From Tubiluchus corallicola (taxonomy: Eukaryota; Animalia; Priapulida), in the NCBI GenBank assembly GCA_030141605.1, contig JAQGDQ010000090.1:496001-560000 (forward strand): a DNA stretch of 64,000 nt. The letters run 5' to 3'. Each line of letters starts with the position of its first letter. The stretch's first letter is position 1. Below are positions 41,801 to 53,800 of the stretch, one piece after another. The translations under genes and the position numbers were made by a program. The notes under the pieces were generated by a model that was not told the origin of the DNA, ran no database searches, and worked only from the letters and a program-made list of their open reading frames with translations.

Positions 41801-44800
41801 TCAGTAGATTAATACTTGTCAGCCAAAGGCTTATAATTAGCAAATTATTTTGACGGATACAGTCTAATAACAATATCTTCAGTGTCATCGTTATCTTGCT
41901 TCATGATATTTATCCAAATTAGTTTGCCTTTGCTTTATTAACTTATTAGTAAATTATTAAGAAAACACGCTTTACGTAACTAGTGAACGCTGTACACAAT
42001 GTGTTATGGAATAGCCACAAAACGTTTAAATTAACAAGAATCTTAAGCCAAACACAGATTCCACAAATATGACGTTTACAAATATTTTGCCATTTTAAAT
42101 TTGTAATGGGCACTATGAACACCAAACGAACATCGATGTGGCAGGCTAAGTTATTTCACTGCGTTTCAAAGAAAGATTGAAACCCCTGCATGCCGAGCTT
42201 GGCAGGTGCATGTGCTGTGTAAACCATGATGATATATAGACTTTGTTGTTACACTGCCTGATCAATACATATAGTACTGCACGGGGGAACATTTCTTCTG
42301 AATTTCTTCAAATTCACGATAGTTGTGAAGTTTGGCAGTAAGGGCAAAATTCGATTCACTAGCGGATTTTTTTAGTAAAGCAGTGATTAACTAGATCATG
42401 CCGTTAGCGCTTGTGATGAATGTGGTATAAGCTCAGCTTTTGCGCTTTTAAGCTGCGTGAGCAACTACCAAACCTTTTGCGTACGCAGATCATGGCACTT
42501 TGCAAGGTAGCTGTTTGATCTCCCGCTAAAGTATCACGAGAAATAGCTCAGTAACGAGAACCCAACTACGAGAAACAGCTCAATACCTATATTATGCGCT
42601 TAGTGAAGCAACATATAGGCTAATCTGTAAATGGATGAGTGACTGCCAAATGAGATGAGAGAACAGCCTGTTTCATGTAGACGACGATCATTATAAAAGA
42701 GAAACAATGAAATGGCAGTACAGTATCAGCTGTGTTCACTTGCGGTCTCCCATTGAGACAGTTGGGGGAAACATGATAAAATAAATCGCTATGAAGCCGT
42801 TCTGTTAGTTACTCTCATCCACTTTGAGGCCAACCTTGGTGTTGTTCAACTTCAGTGGTTAAACATATTATAATTACTGAGCTATATCCCATACACTGAA
42901 TGGCAACTATCGTTAACATTATAATAACTGGATATTTGTTAGCAATGACATTTGACAGAAATTTAAATCATTTAAAATAGTAACACAAAAATTTAACTCT
43001 GCTTAATTTCACGAAAAATATCATCATAATACAACTCAATACCGAAAATAAAAATTGACAGCCAACTTGCCAGTCTGAACATTTATTGTGTTGAACTGAG
43101 TTTATTTCCTGTAAGTTCTTTTTATGCCCTAAGTTCTAAGTTAAACGTCAATAGCAGTTGAAATTCTCAGTGTGAACTCGTTCTTACTTAAGCCTCAGTA
43201 GCGGTTGAAAGTCTTGATGTGAGTTCCTTCTAAGTTAAATCTACATAGCAATTGAGAGCTGAAATTCTCAATATGATTTTTTTCCAAATTAAGGCTTAAT
43301 CAGCAGAAGTTCTTAGTGCGCGAATTTCTAAATTATCCCTCAGTAACACCAGTTAAAAGTTTCCATGTGAGTTTTTTAAGTTAAACATCTTTTACAGTCG
43401 TAATTCTCAAAATCAGTTCGTTTTAAGTTAAGCCCCAATAACAGTTGAAGTTTTAAATGTGAGGCTTTTTTTTAGTTAACATCTTTTGTAGTCGTAATTC
43501 CCAAAGTGAATTCTTTTTAAATTAAACTCAGTAACATTTGAAGTTTTTCTATGCGAGTTTTTTTAATTAACAACTTTTGTAGTCGTAATTCTCAATATGA
43601 ATTCTTTCTAAACTAAACTTAATAACAGTTGAAGTTTTCAATGCGAGTTTTTTTAATTAATATCTTTTGTAGTCGTAATTTTCAACATGAGTGGCGTAAA
43701 AAATTTAACACGCTGCATCTCTGTTTCAGGAATTCACTTATGTATGAGCGAAGCCAGATTTTTACTGGTTCCCTCTTTAGTTCTGTTCCGTTCCGTGCTT
43801 CGTTGCTTCCCCTAAAATGGTTGTGATTTTTTCTAAACTAAATAAAATTTACATTTCTTTAACTTTAATTTATCGATTTCGAGTTTACTCTGCACCAGTG
43901 AGTTCATTCTAAATAAAATCTCAATAACAATTGAAACTCACAATGTGAGTTCCTTCCACAACAGCAAGTGAAATTTTCAATTTCTTTTTAAATTAAGCCT
44001 CAGTAGCAATTGTAATCCTTGTTGTGAGTTCTTTTAAGCTAAGCTTTAATAATAATTGAAATTCTCATTATTAGTGCATTTTAAATTACGCCTTAATTAA
44101 TGACAGGTGAAATTCTGAAAGTGAGTTGTTTCTAAATTAAGCCACAATGGCAGTTAAAACTCCCAGTGTGAGTTTTTTCAGCTGCTGTTGTCACTTAAAC
44201 TTAGAAAAACATAACAAAGAAATTTGCACAAAAACTGTCTATAAAGCATAAAGTTGATTTTTACTACCACTGTACATGTATAGAAATGTACAGTGCAATG
44301 GTAGTCGCCATTAACTTGAAAACTATGACATAACTAGCGGACTTCGTAACTTTTTTGTAAACGTATCGTGGCATTCCGTAAGCGTGTGCTACTTAAACTA
44401 TTTAAACTTCTGGAGCTTGTCAAATGTTCATGTAAAAATATCACCTAATTAAGTACCTAATTTTTTCGTTAAAAAGTTATTATACTTTTGACGGAAATTG
44501 GCAGTGCGCTGTTTTTCTTCAGCCAATTAACGACGTCATTGGTGGAATGGGCGTTCAAAATGGGAGCAAGCGTGAACTGATCACAACTTTAAAGTGATCC
44601 TACTAATTACAAGATGCGCTTTTCACACCTTTATTACCAAATACTTATAACATTTTTCATGAACATTAAAATAAGACTAACTTCCCAGAAGACTTGGCCT
44701 TTCCTTTACATAACAGTTGTTAATTTCAACGTAGGTTCTAGTAGTTGAAATTTATTTGCAGAATTCGTACTAAACAGCTACCTAGCTAGACCGTTTATGC

Positions 44801-47800
44801 ACCATCAGCGTGGAAAGAAGCTTATTTCTAAAGCATAATCGATACTACTCATTTAGATATCGATCTTTTGGGCAATCTCGCCTTCAATTATAACGCATTA
44901 TTTTATTCCGTCTCAAAATTCGTGACGTATTATTACACGGCGGAAAAATACAATATTGGATTTAATCATGGCCAGCCAATTTATTTTATGCGGATACTGA
45001 ATGTGACTGCTGCACCTGTATGTTGTTATGTCACGGCTGTGTGACGTCATTGCAGGTGAATCAATGGTGACCAGGTGGCAATGGTTAGACGAATCAGGTT
45101 CATTCTTATATATTACTAAATTTTTGTATTGCCAGAAAGCAAACGTTTTTAATGCAAAGAAGCCATGAAAAACTCTGATCGTTAAAATTAATGCGTTTCT
45201 ACCTGTGACTCGGTAATGAATTTATACTTATTCAGATGAATGTGAAGATTGATTGTTGAGTAAACCTACATGATTATGGAGCCTTTTAGGCTAGGAGAAC
45301 ATACGCAGGTCTCTGCGCATGCGCGTACTAATTCGATTTTTCATGATATGCTGCTTTTCTTGCCGAATTGCGTACTTGCCGAATCCGGTAATCACCCTTG
45401 TGGTAGGGATTGCCTTTTTTATTGATTCCTTGTGGTTGTGCCGGAATCTAGCTAACACTTTGAGAGCAGACACTGAAGAAGTAGACGTGTCTTAACTGCT
45501 TTCGATGTTTGCTGGAGTAAGTAAATAGCTAGAGGCAGTGTAACCAATCAGAAACAGTTTTTCCGGTTGCTCCGTGGTCTTTCTAACCTGGCTAACGCTG
45601 CTTAACTAAGCCACAGATGAGTTTAAACTCATCGAACATTCGTGAAACATACCTCTAGCCATTGAAAATCTTAAAAAGAGACTTGAAGAACATTGACACA
45701 AACAAAAAACTCACAATGAACACGGAGAATACTGAATTTACGTCATTAAGGCCTTGCCGGTCAACAGCCAGTATATAAATTATACAAGTTCTATGATACA
45801 CGAAAACGATATTAATGGAAATATTATTACAGAAAAAAACAAGTGTAAAATATTTGGGTAAAAAAATGAAAACAACTTGAAATAGTTAATTACATAGCCA
45901 AATGACAGACAGTTAAAGGTCAACTAAATTTAAATACAGAACATTCATTTTGCCACGCTATACATGGTTGTTTACTACATAAGCATGCTGAGGCGCATCC
46001 CGCCTAAATAAAATAAGTGTAGTACAAAATACGCATTAATTAGAATCGCAGGACCTGGAAGTGTAACGAAGCCAGTCAATCTGAGAAAAAACATGCCAAT
46101 TATTCAACCATATACACAAGTTTAAACATTCAATAATGCATTCTGAATATTAGTGTACCTTTGTTAACCAGTAAAATTCCTGACAAACAGCATGTATCAA
46201 CATATAATAAATGTGGTCATGAAAGGATAATTTAAACCGCCATGGAGTAAACGTTGCAGGATTATTGATGCACAACTAAAATGTTCTAACATTATCAATA
46301 TTAGCTATTAGCATATTATTGTAATTAATTAGTTATTACAATCTTAATCTTCGGATTATGGTTTAATTATGTTACAAACACACATTTATTATTAATATTA
46401 TTCAGTAATATTATTATTATTATTATTATTATGAGTTTATTTCGTATAAAATATACAGTTTACAAAGATAAAGATGTTAGTAAAACATGTAATGCGATAT
46501 TAGTAAAGTAACATATCTACAGACATTCAACTTTATAATAACCACACATTGTAGTTCCCTTGTAATTATATTACATTATACAGTGTTGTAAGGAGCTGTA
46601 ATAGATATCTTAAAACATGACCTTTAAATGAGTTCTTAACCTTTAATTTTACATTTTCGTTTAGATCTACAGTACAACCATATTTAAATCTTAAATTTAC
46701 TTGACTGTTATTTACATAGTAGCATAGCTTTGGAATTCTCAATGTGCAAGAGTTTACAATTTTTCTCACGTTTAATTTTCGACTATCTATTAAATAATTC
46801 GCAGGCATTGTGCCACAAAAATACATTAACAGTTTGATGCTTTCATTTTGTCTAAGATCGAATATTTTTCTACAAGCAGTGTTCCATTTTACCCTAATGG
46901 CATTAACTTCATTGTTTGATATACCCGCAATTTCGCATCCGTATAAATGGGTAGACAATATGTATTGATCAGAGTTTTAGCTACTATGTCATTACGGTTA
47001 TGGCATATTATTACTAGTGGTTGTAGAAACCCACAATTTATAAACCCATGTCATTGTCTTGACCGATATGGCACATCATCGTTATTAACTCATTATCACC
47101 CTCTGCATCATCGTAGTTAATCATCACCGTCACAATTTTTGTCACCATCATCTTCGTCGTGGTCGTTGTCGTCATCATCGCTGTCACAAAGTTCTGTAGC
47201 ATTTACAAATACATATTTCAAAGTATCCATCTACAGAAAGACCTATTTGTCATCTTCTTGCCTTGTGCATGCGCGGAATTACTTGCTGACTTTGCTTGCA
47301 GACAGGTGCACAATTATGAACACTCTAATTAATATACCCATGCTTGATATTGACTGCTAATAACATTCGTTGGAGACCTCTGGGGAGATCAGAGTGATAT
47401 GTTAGTTTAAGCATGTAGTGGGATAAGGCATTAAAACTTCCACAGGCTTATTGTCGGTTTTAATGAATAGGTTTTAGTCGTAGCTGAGCAGTCAGTTTAA
47501 TTCTCTCGTTAAGGAAATTATTAATTCAGTTATTCAGTAGTTAGCGACGTTTTTAATGTAATAAATTTTTAGTTTTTAATGGCTTCATTAAATAGCAAGA
47601 ATATGATAACGAATTTTGCTGTTGACTGTTGGCTGCAGGTTGGTCATGCCGGATTCACCACAAACGTTGTTGTTATTCGGCATGTTGGCATATTTTGAGA
47701 CTGATTGACGAGAAAATTAACTTAATTGCATGATTTAATCTCTTCAGAGTCCACGATTCAGCGTGCGTAAAACCTGGAGTATCTACTCATTTACCTTTGG

Positions 47801-50800
47801 GTGACGACAGCGGCAACGTGGCGACTACAGTGAACGCGATCACATTTGTTTCCTCCTTTTGAAATGAAACTGAATTAAATAAGCCAGAACAAAATTTGTT
47901 TGCAATAATACAGCCATGCCGATTCAAATAATGCCGTTTCTTGTGCTTTTTAATGTTTTTAATCGCTGTCGCCTCAAAAATGTTGTTTCTTAATATAGGA
48001 TTGCGTTGCTATACGACCTTTCAGGTACTGTACTTAAGTTCTTTTATTTGCACGCTGATACGAACATCTAATTAACCGAAAGTTAGCTTTTTCTTGATGT
48101 AATCAATACACTGTAAAGCACAGGTAGTACCTTAAACTATTTTGTTTGGATCACCTTTGCCGCTGTAATTAAAAACTTGTGCTGCCAAGGGTTTTAAAAT
48201 AGTAATCTACAAAAAGAACAGCACAGATTGCCCGGACTGAATGAACAACATGCTCATTTTGAAGAGACTCGACGTGAGCCGACATCGAGTAGTAAGTTAT
48301 GTACATATGTTTCCCTGCGAGCAATTACTCGCCGTACTCACTTTGTTCAAAACTTATTCTGTAATATACATTTTGTAATTTAAAATTCACGAATAAGATG
48401 TAAACTTAAAACTAACAAATGTCGGGGTGCCTCAAGGTTGAACATTGGGATTTCTTTTTCCTACTTTACATCAATGAGCATAAGAATACGGTGCCGTTAA
48501 ATCATCACTTTTACTAGTAATTGCTCGTTAATCAATATGATTTATCCAATGACGACTCCTTGTTAACTATTTGCATGTGATTTGAATTGGCAAGTTGTTG
48601 GATATCAAATATTTACGCTGCGCCTGGCTGTCTTACCTGAACAAATGCACGTGTATTTGTAACCGAATGAGTGAAATATTGTCGATTCGTTTCCATGGTA
48701 ACGCTCATGGCGAGAGCAGCTACTCTGGTTTAGTTTTAGTAAGGATGCTTCAGTAGAGCCTGGTACGTGTCTGGCTATCCTTTACACAATGTACTAGATC
48801 CAAGCTTGTATGTTGTGTAAGATCATAATAAGCAGTAACAGGTACTGATAACATCACCGTTTTATGGAAAGTTAAAAAAACACAAAATCTAAATGAACTT
48901 TCACAACATGGCGATGCTGCCAGTATTCTATTGCTTTTCTTCTGAGAATAAAATTTCCAAATGACAGATATATTAAAATTATTTATTATTACGTGTTCTT
49001 AAGTGAATTTTACGATATTCGTGTAGCGCTTATTATAAAAATCGGATCGGTCACGGAATTACCTTAATGCGCCCACAAAATTTAGTCTAATGTCAGAAAT
49101 TGAACAAACATTTTCGAAAGTTTTTGCAGCTTGACTGGTTTCACACAATGGTCATATGCATGAACATTTTATAATCAGTTAGTGTAGCACTCTACCCACG
49201 ATTGCGGTACACATCCCCTCAAACACAAAAATAGCGCGAACGTAAGGTTTATGCTTTATAAATTGCTTAAACTTGAGCTGTAGGCTGCTGTGGAAGACAA
49301 TTGTTAGCTTTGCAGCTAACAGAACATTTAAGTTGCAGGGGATTGTGGAAAACCATGGGTGCATTGTAACTAATGAGAATTTTGAGGTACAGGGCTACTG
49401 GAGGCCTGATCGTGTTGTAGCTAGCGGGATCTTGAGTTGCAGGGGATAGTTAAAACATTGTAGTTAGCAGCATTTTGAGCAGGGGATAGTGTAAAACCAT
49501 GATTTCAACGGTAGCTACTGAGAACCTTGAAACGCAGGACCATGGTTACATTGTAGCTAGTGGACCTTTGATAAGTTGCAAACAGATCCCATGGTGGCGT
49601 TGTAGCTAGTGGAGCTTTTGAGCTGCGCAGGACAGTGAAAAATAGTTACATTGGAGTTATTGGGACCTTCGAGTTGCAGGGTTTTGTGGAAGACCACGGT
49701 TTATTATAGCTAGTGGGATGTTGAGTTGCATGGGATGGTGGAAGACCGTATTTGCATTGCAGCTAATGGGACGTTTGAGTCGCTACAGATAGTGGACGGC
49801 AATGGTTGCAGTGTAGTCATTGGGGTCTTTACTTGCCGCAGGGAATTATGGAAGACCATGGTTGCATTGTAGCGAGTGGAGTTTCAAGTAGATAGAAGAA
49901 GACAGTGGTTGCATTGCGGCTAGTATTTAATGGGATAGCTGAGTTGTAGGGAGCAATGAAAGACCGCCAATGATTCATTGTAGTCTTGCAGCTTGTTGGA
50001 CTCCTCAACCGTAGGGATAAAGGAAGGCCATAATTGTGTTGTAGCTGATAGGCGGATGATTTGCATTCGATAGCAGAATGGGATACAACGTGCTTGCAGC
50101 AAAGATGACGTAAGATATGCTGTAAATGGGAGAACAGACTCTGCGTTGGTCTAATGCACTATTTTTTCTGTTTTCAGTCCTACACCAGAAGAGATTTTAT
50201 CGTGGCAAGAAGGCTTCGACAATGTTATGCGATGTCCCGGTGAGTATGACTTTATGAAATACACACATGCATGAGAAGACATTACACTATTACAACACCA
50301 AAATTGCCGTGACAGCAACTGAGAACGAATTATTCGAAAACATTGCAATTTCGATCAATTTTAGCTTAATGCGCATTCGGTGAAATAAGTGAAGTTGTTG
50401 TTTGGGTAATTACCAATTGCTTGACGTGGATATTTCATCTAAACTGTACATAGAGTGAACGACCTCGCTCTGTCGCGATTTTCATCACAAGAGGGCGCCA
50501 TATTCAGCAGTCCATTTCACCAGAATCAATTACGTTAATAACATGTAGTTCACTTTAATGAATTGTCCAGTATTATGATTCTGGTTATTAGCATGGCAAA
50601 ACTGACTGGTTTTAGGTTGCCATATTGTATTAAGTCACTTTGTTCTGATGTATCGATCATTGCAGATTGATTTTTTGTTTCTCGTTTTGTTTTCGCATGC
50701 TTCATATAATCACCAATTTTTAAGGTCCAGTTTCTCGGACTTTATATTTTTCTTACACACGCGTATATTGTCTTTAAAATAAACAACAATACGTGTTCGT

Positions 50801-53800
50801 TTCTTAAAAAGCAAATCGTCCATTTGTTTACCTTTGATATGCTATGGTCGAGTGGCGCCAGGTTTCACGTTGGTTTTCACTTTGGAAAACTTTATTACTG
50901 TTCGTTTAAAGGTATAATTGCTGCACTGATTACCCACTTAGTTCACCTGCAGCACTAAGTTGCTTTTTGAATTGCCGGAATTACGGTTGAGCTGGCATTG
51001 TTGTTGCTGTTTTGCAGCTGGCCGTCAAGTATTTAGGGAATTTCTCAAGCTCGAATACAGCGAGGAGAACATTCTATTCTGGAACGCCGTAGACGAATTA
51101 AAAAAGGAAACCAATGCCCAGGTGATAGAGGAAAAGGCTAGAATGATCTATGAAGACTTTATTTCTATATTGTCTCCAAGGGAGGTGAGTGTGGAATTCA
51201 ACTACTTATCTTGCAGGGTATGTACTTTATTGTGGAGACAAATGACTAATCTAAAAGCCTACATAATGGCTACATAATCAGAGCAGAAATAAAGGGAAGT
51301 CTACTGCTGGATCCCTACATTTAGATGTAGTCGGTGTGTTTTGAAAGGTTTGGCATAGAAAAACCTGTTACAGCAATAGTGAGAAAGTGGGGGTGTTTAG
51401 ATTCCCGCTTTACGCCATACATTGAATTTTTGAACAACCAACTGTTTGTCTCCGTAGTGCATGCATGTTAGCACTTTCTATCACCACCACCATTTGTGTC
51501 TTTCTGTCCATATTGTATGGCAAAACAAACATTTAGCTGTCTGAATAGATGTACTACACATATCGTCGGATTCTCAAATTTCTATTCTACTTATTAATTT
51601 TACATTCTACCACATTTTGAAATGTGGTGAAAAGTATATATTGAAAGATCTATAATAATGCCAAAGCGTTTCTGGTAATTAGATAATAGGTTAAAAACCT
51701 AATTGTTAGCAGGCGAGCCCAACTAGTGATGAAATCACAATTTAACATAATTTTCGACAGTACTAACATTCCACGAGCGTGTTGCACGTATTTGTAAAAT
51801 TGAAAATTGAAGTACAGTGCTACTGTACAACATGCAGAGTGATATGCAAAAACTTTAAACTTCAAATTTCAAGTTCGCTCATGCGTGAGCTCTATAACGT
51901 GTGCACTATATCCCAACTGAACCCCTCTAACTGAGTGGTACAGCATCTGTTTTTTTTTGTGCAACACGTTTCCGAGATGCAGACGCTAGTGCCCATATAA
52001 CTATCGTATATAGCAGTGGTTCCCAAACTTTCTCAGACCGTTACCCAATTCGGGAAACCCGGTCGTGTCCATTACCCCCCACCTACTACTACTTCTCCTT
52101 TACGTACGTCCCTCTATTTAATAATGCATTCCGAGCGCAGTTGTAAAAATTTTCAGAGGGGTGCCCGTTGCCCCCCCCCCCCCCCCCCCCAAAAAAAAAA
52201 ACATATTACCCCCAGGGGGTAATTTACCCCTACTTTGGGAACCACTGATATATAGCGAAATGCATGTAGGAGCGGACAACTAACCACGCGAACGCAGAAT
52301 GTGGTAATAATTCTTTCACGTCCAAAATAAGTCATTCTTGAAAAATAGTCAGCGTAGATTGTTTTGAGCTATAGTATTTAAACTTACTCAGTATATTAAA
52401 TTTTTACTTTTTCTTGTTCAGATTTTAATATTTTACTTTAGCAGTTCTGCAAAATATTTAAATACAAAGTGTTTTTAGAGTCATCTTTTCATTACACTTT
52501 TGTTACCCAGATGAACTTTTCCTATCCTGAATTGTGAAACATTATTACGTTTATAATCCCATTTCAAACAACATGGCGATGTACATTTTTAAGCTTTGCT
52601 TTGAAACCTAGAGTTCAAAGGCTTCCCAAACACTCTAGTCAATTTGTAACAACTTTTAATGGCGAGGCCGTTTGTTCTCCTAGTCGGTAAACCATTTAGT
52701 TGACTAAGCAAATTGGCTATATCAGACTGACTCATACAAAACTCCATAGACTTGCGTTTTATCGGCTCACCTGTGAAATATTTAACACTAAACTCTAGTC
52801 TAGTGCCTTCATCAACAAAACTTGAAATAATGAAGTAAAAATGTCTTACGCAAAAGATTAATGCATGCAGTATAATACATACTTACAAGCCCATTAAATC
52901 ATTCCTTTCTGCGTAATACCAGGTGGGAGTGGACTAGACTGGAATGTGTATTTATTGCGTATACAACCACAATATCAACATAAATAGAATAGGCATTGTA
53001 GAGCATTACAAAACCTTGTGACAATTTCTCTAATTAAGAAAAATTAGGTGCATTAAACAATTTAAAAACGAGCAAGTTAGCGTTAAAAGAGAGTTTTAGT
53101 TTTTAGCAATCATATTTTCATATTTGCTAGATAGAGGAGTATAAAATTTAAATGTCCTTATTGTCACGCATTTCAGTTGCAGCACATACGAAATTGATTG
53201 CAATATTCTAGTCAAATATCTTGAGAATATCTGTCTCATTCCGACCCATTAACAAATTGAATTTCTTTTGTTCAGGCGTAACGGAAAAAGTAGAAACCAA
53301 CTTTTTTAGTTTTCTAAAGTTCTGTAAGTGACTGCTAAAGATCTCAAATTCACAGCGCAATGCAACATAAAATAAAGTTGATGTTCTACTTCCATCTTTC
53401 ATAATATTGACGTTTGCGATTCACGGCTAGAATTTTAGGTTTTTGATAAACGACCCCTTTCACTGTGCAGTTTATTTTAAGAGCAGTTATTTTAAGTTTT
53501 GTGAATTCTATTATTAGTTTTTTTAGCGTAGGTTAAAGTAGGTTTTTAGCTTATTTTGTCCATATTTTCTGTTATGATTGATCACTTTTGTTTCCCAAGA
53601 ATTGATATAATCACTTTTAATTTTTCTTCGATAATGCCAAGCAGATTGCTTTTAAACAGCGTCTTGGTATTAAAATTTAGATATGATAAGTGTAAAAATA
53701 GCTGAAAACGCAGGTGGGGTTTTAACAATTGCGTAGTTGTTCATTTCGGAGTTATTGGATTTGAAATAAAACAGATTTTTGCTTGTATCGATGCTTTGGA

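Noticed and set aside
45300-45660. TGCGCATGCGCG NRF1-type site, CCAAT box and GTAAGT donor (45517) as another RGS first exon
   Set aside because: The ATG frames either stop before the donor or are phase 0, incompatible with the phase-2 acceptor at 50178. The region looks more like a DNA-transposon remnant.
48241-48297. ATG-initiated mini exon MNNMLILKRLDVSRHRV ending at GTAAGT
   Set aside because: A phase 0 donor would frameshift the next RGS exon.
50960-51277. ORF-track N-terminus (MLFELPELRLSWHCCCCF) as the RZ cysteine string
   Set aside because: The CCCC comes from the intronic tgttgttgctgt polypyrimidine tract just before the acceptor at 51017. The real upstream exon is 50178-50239.
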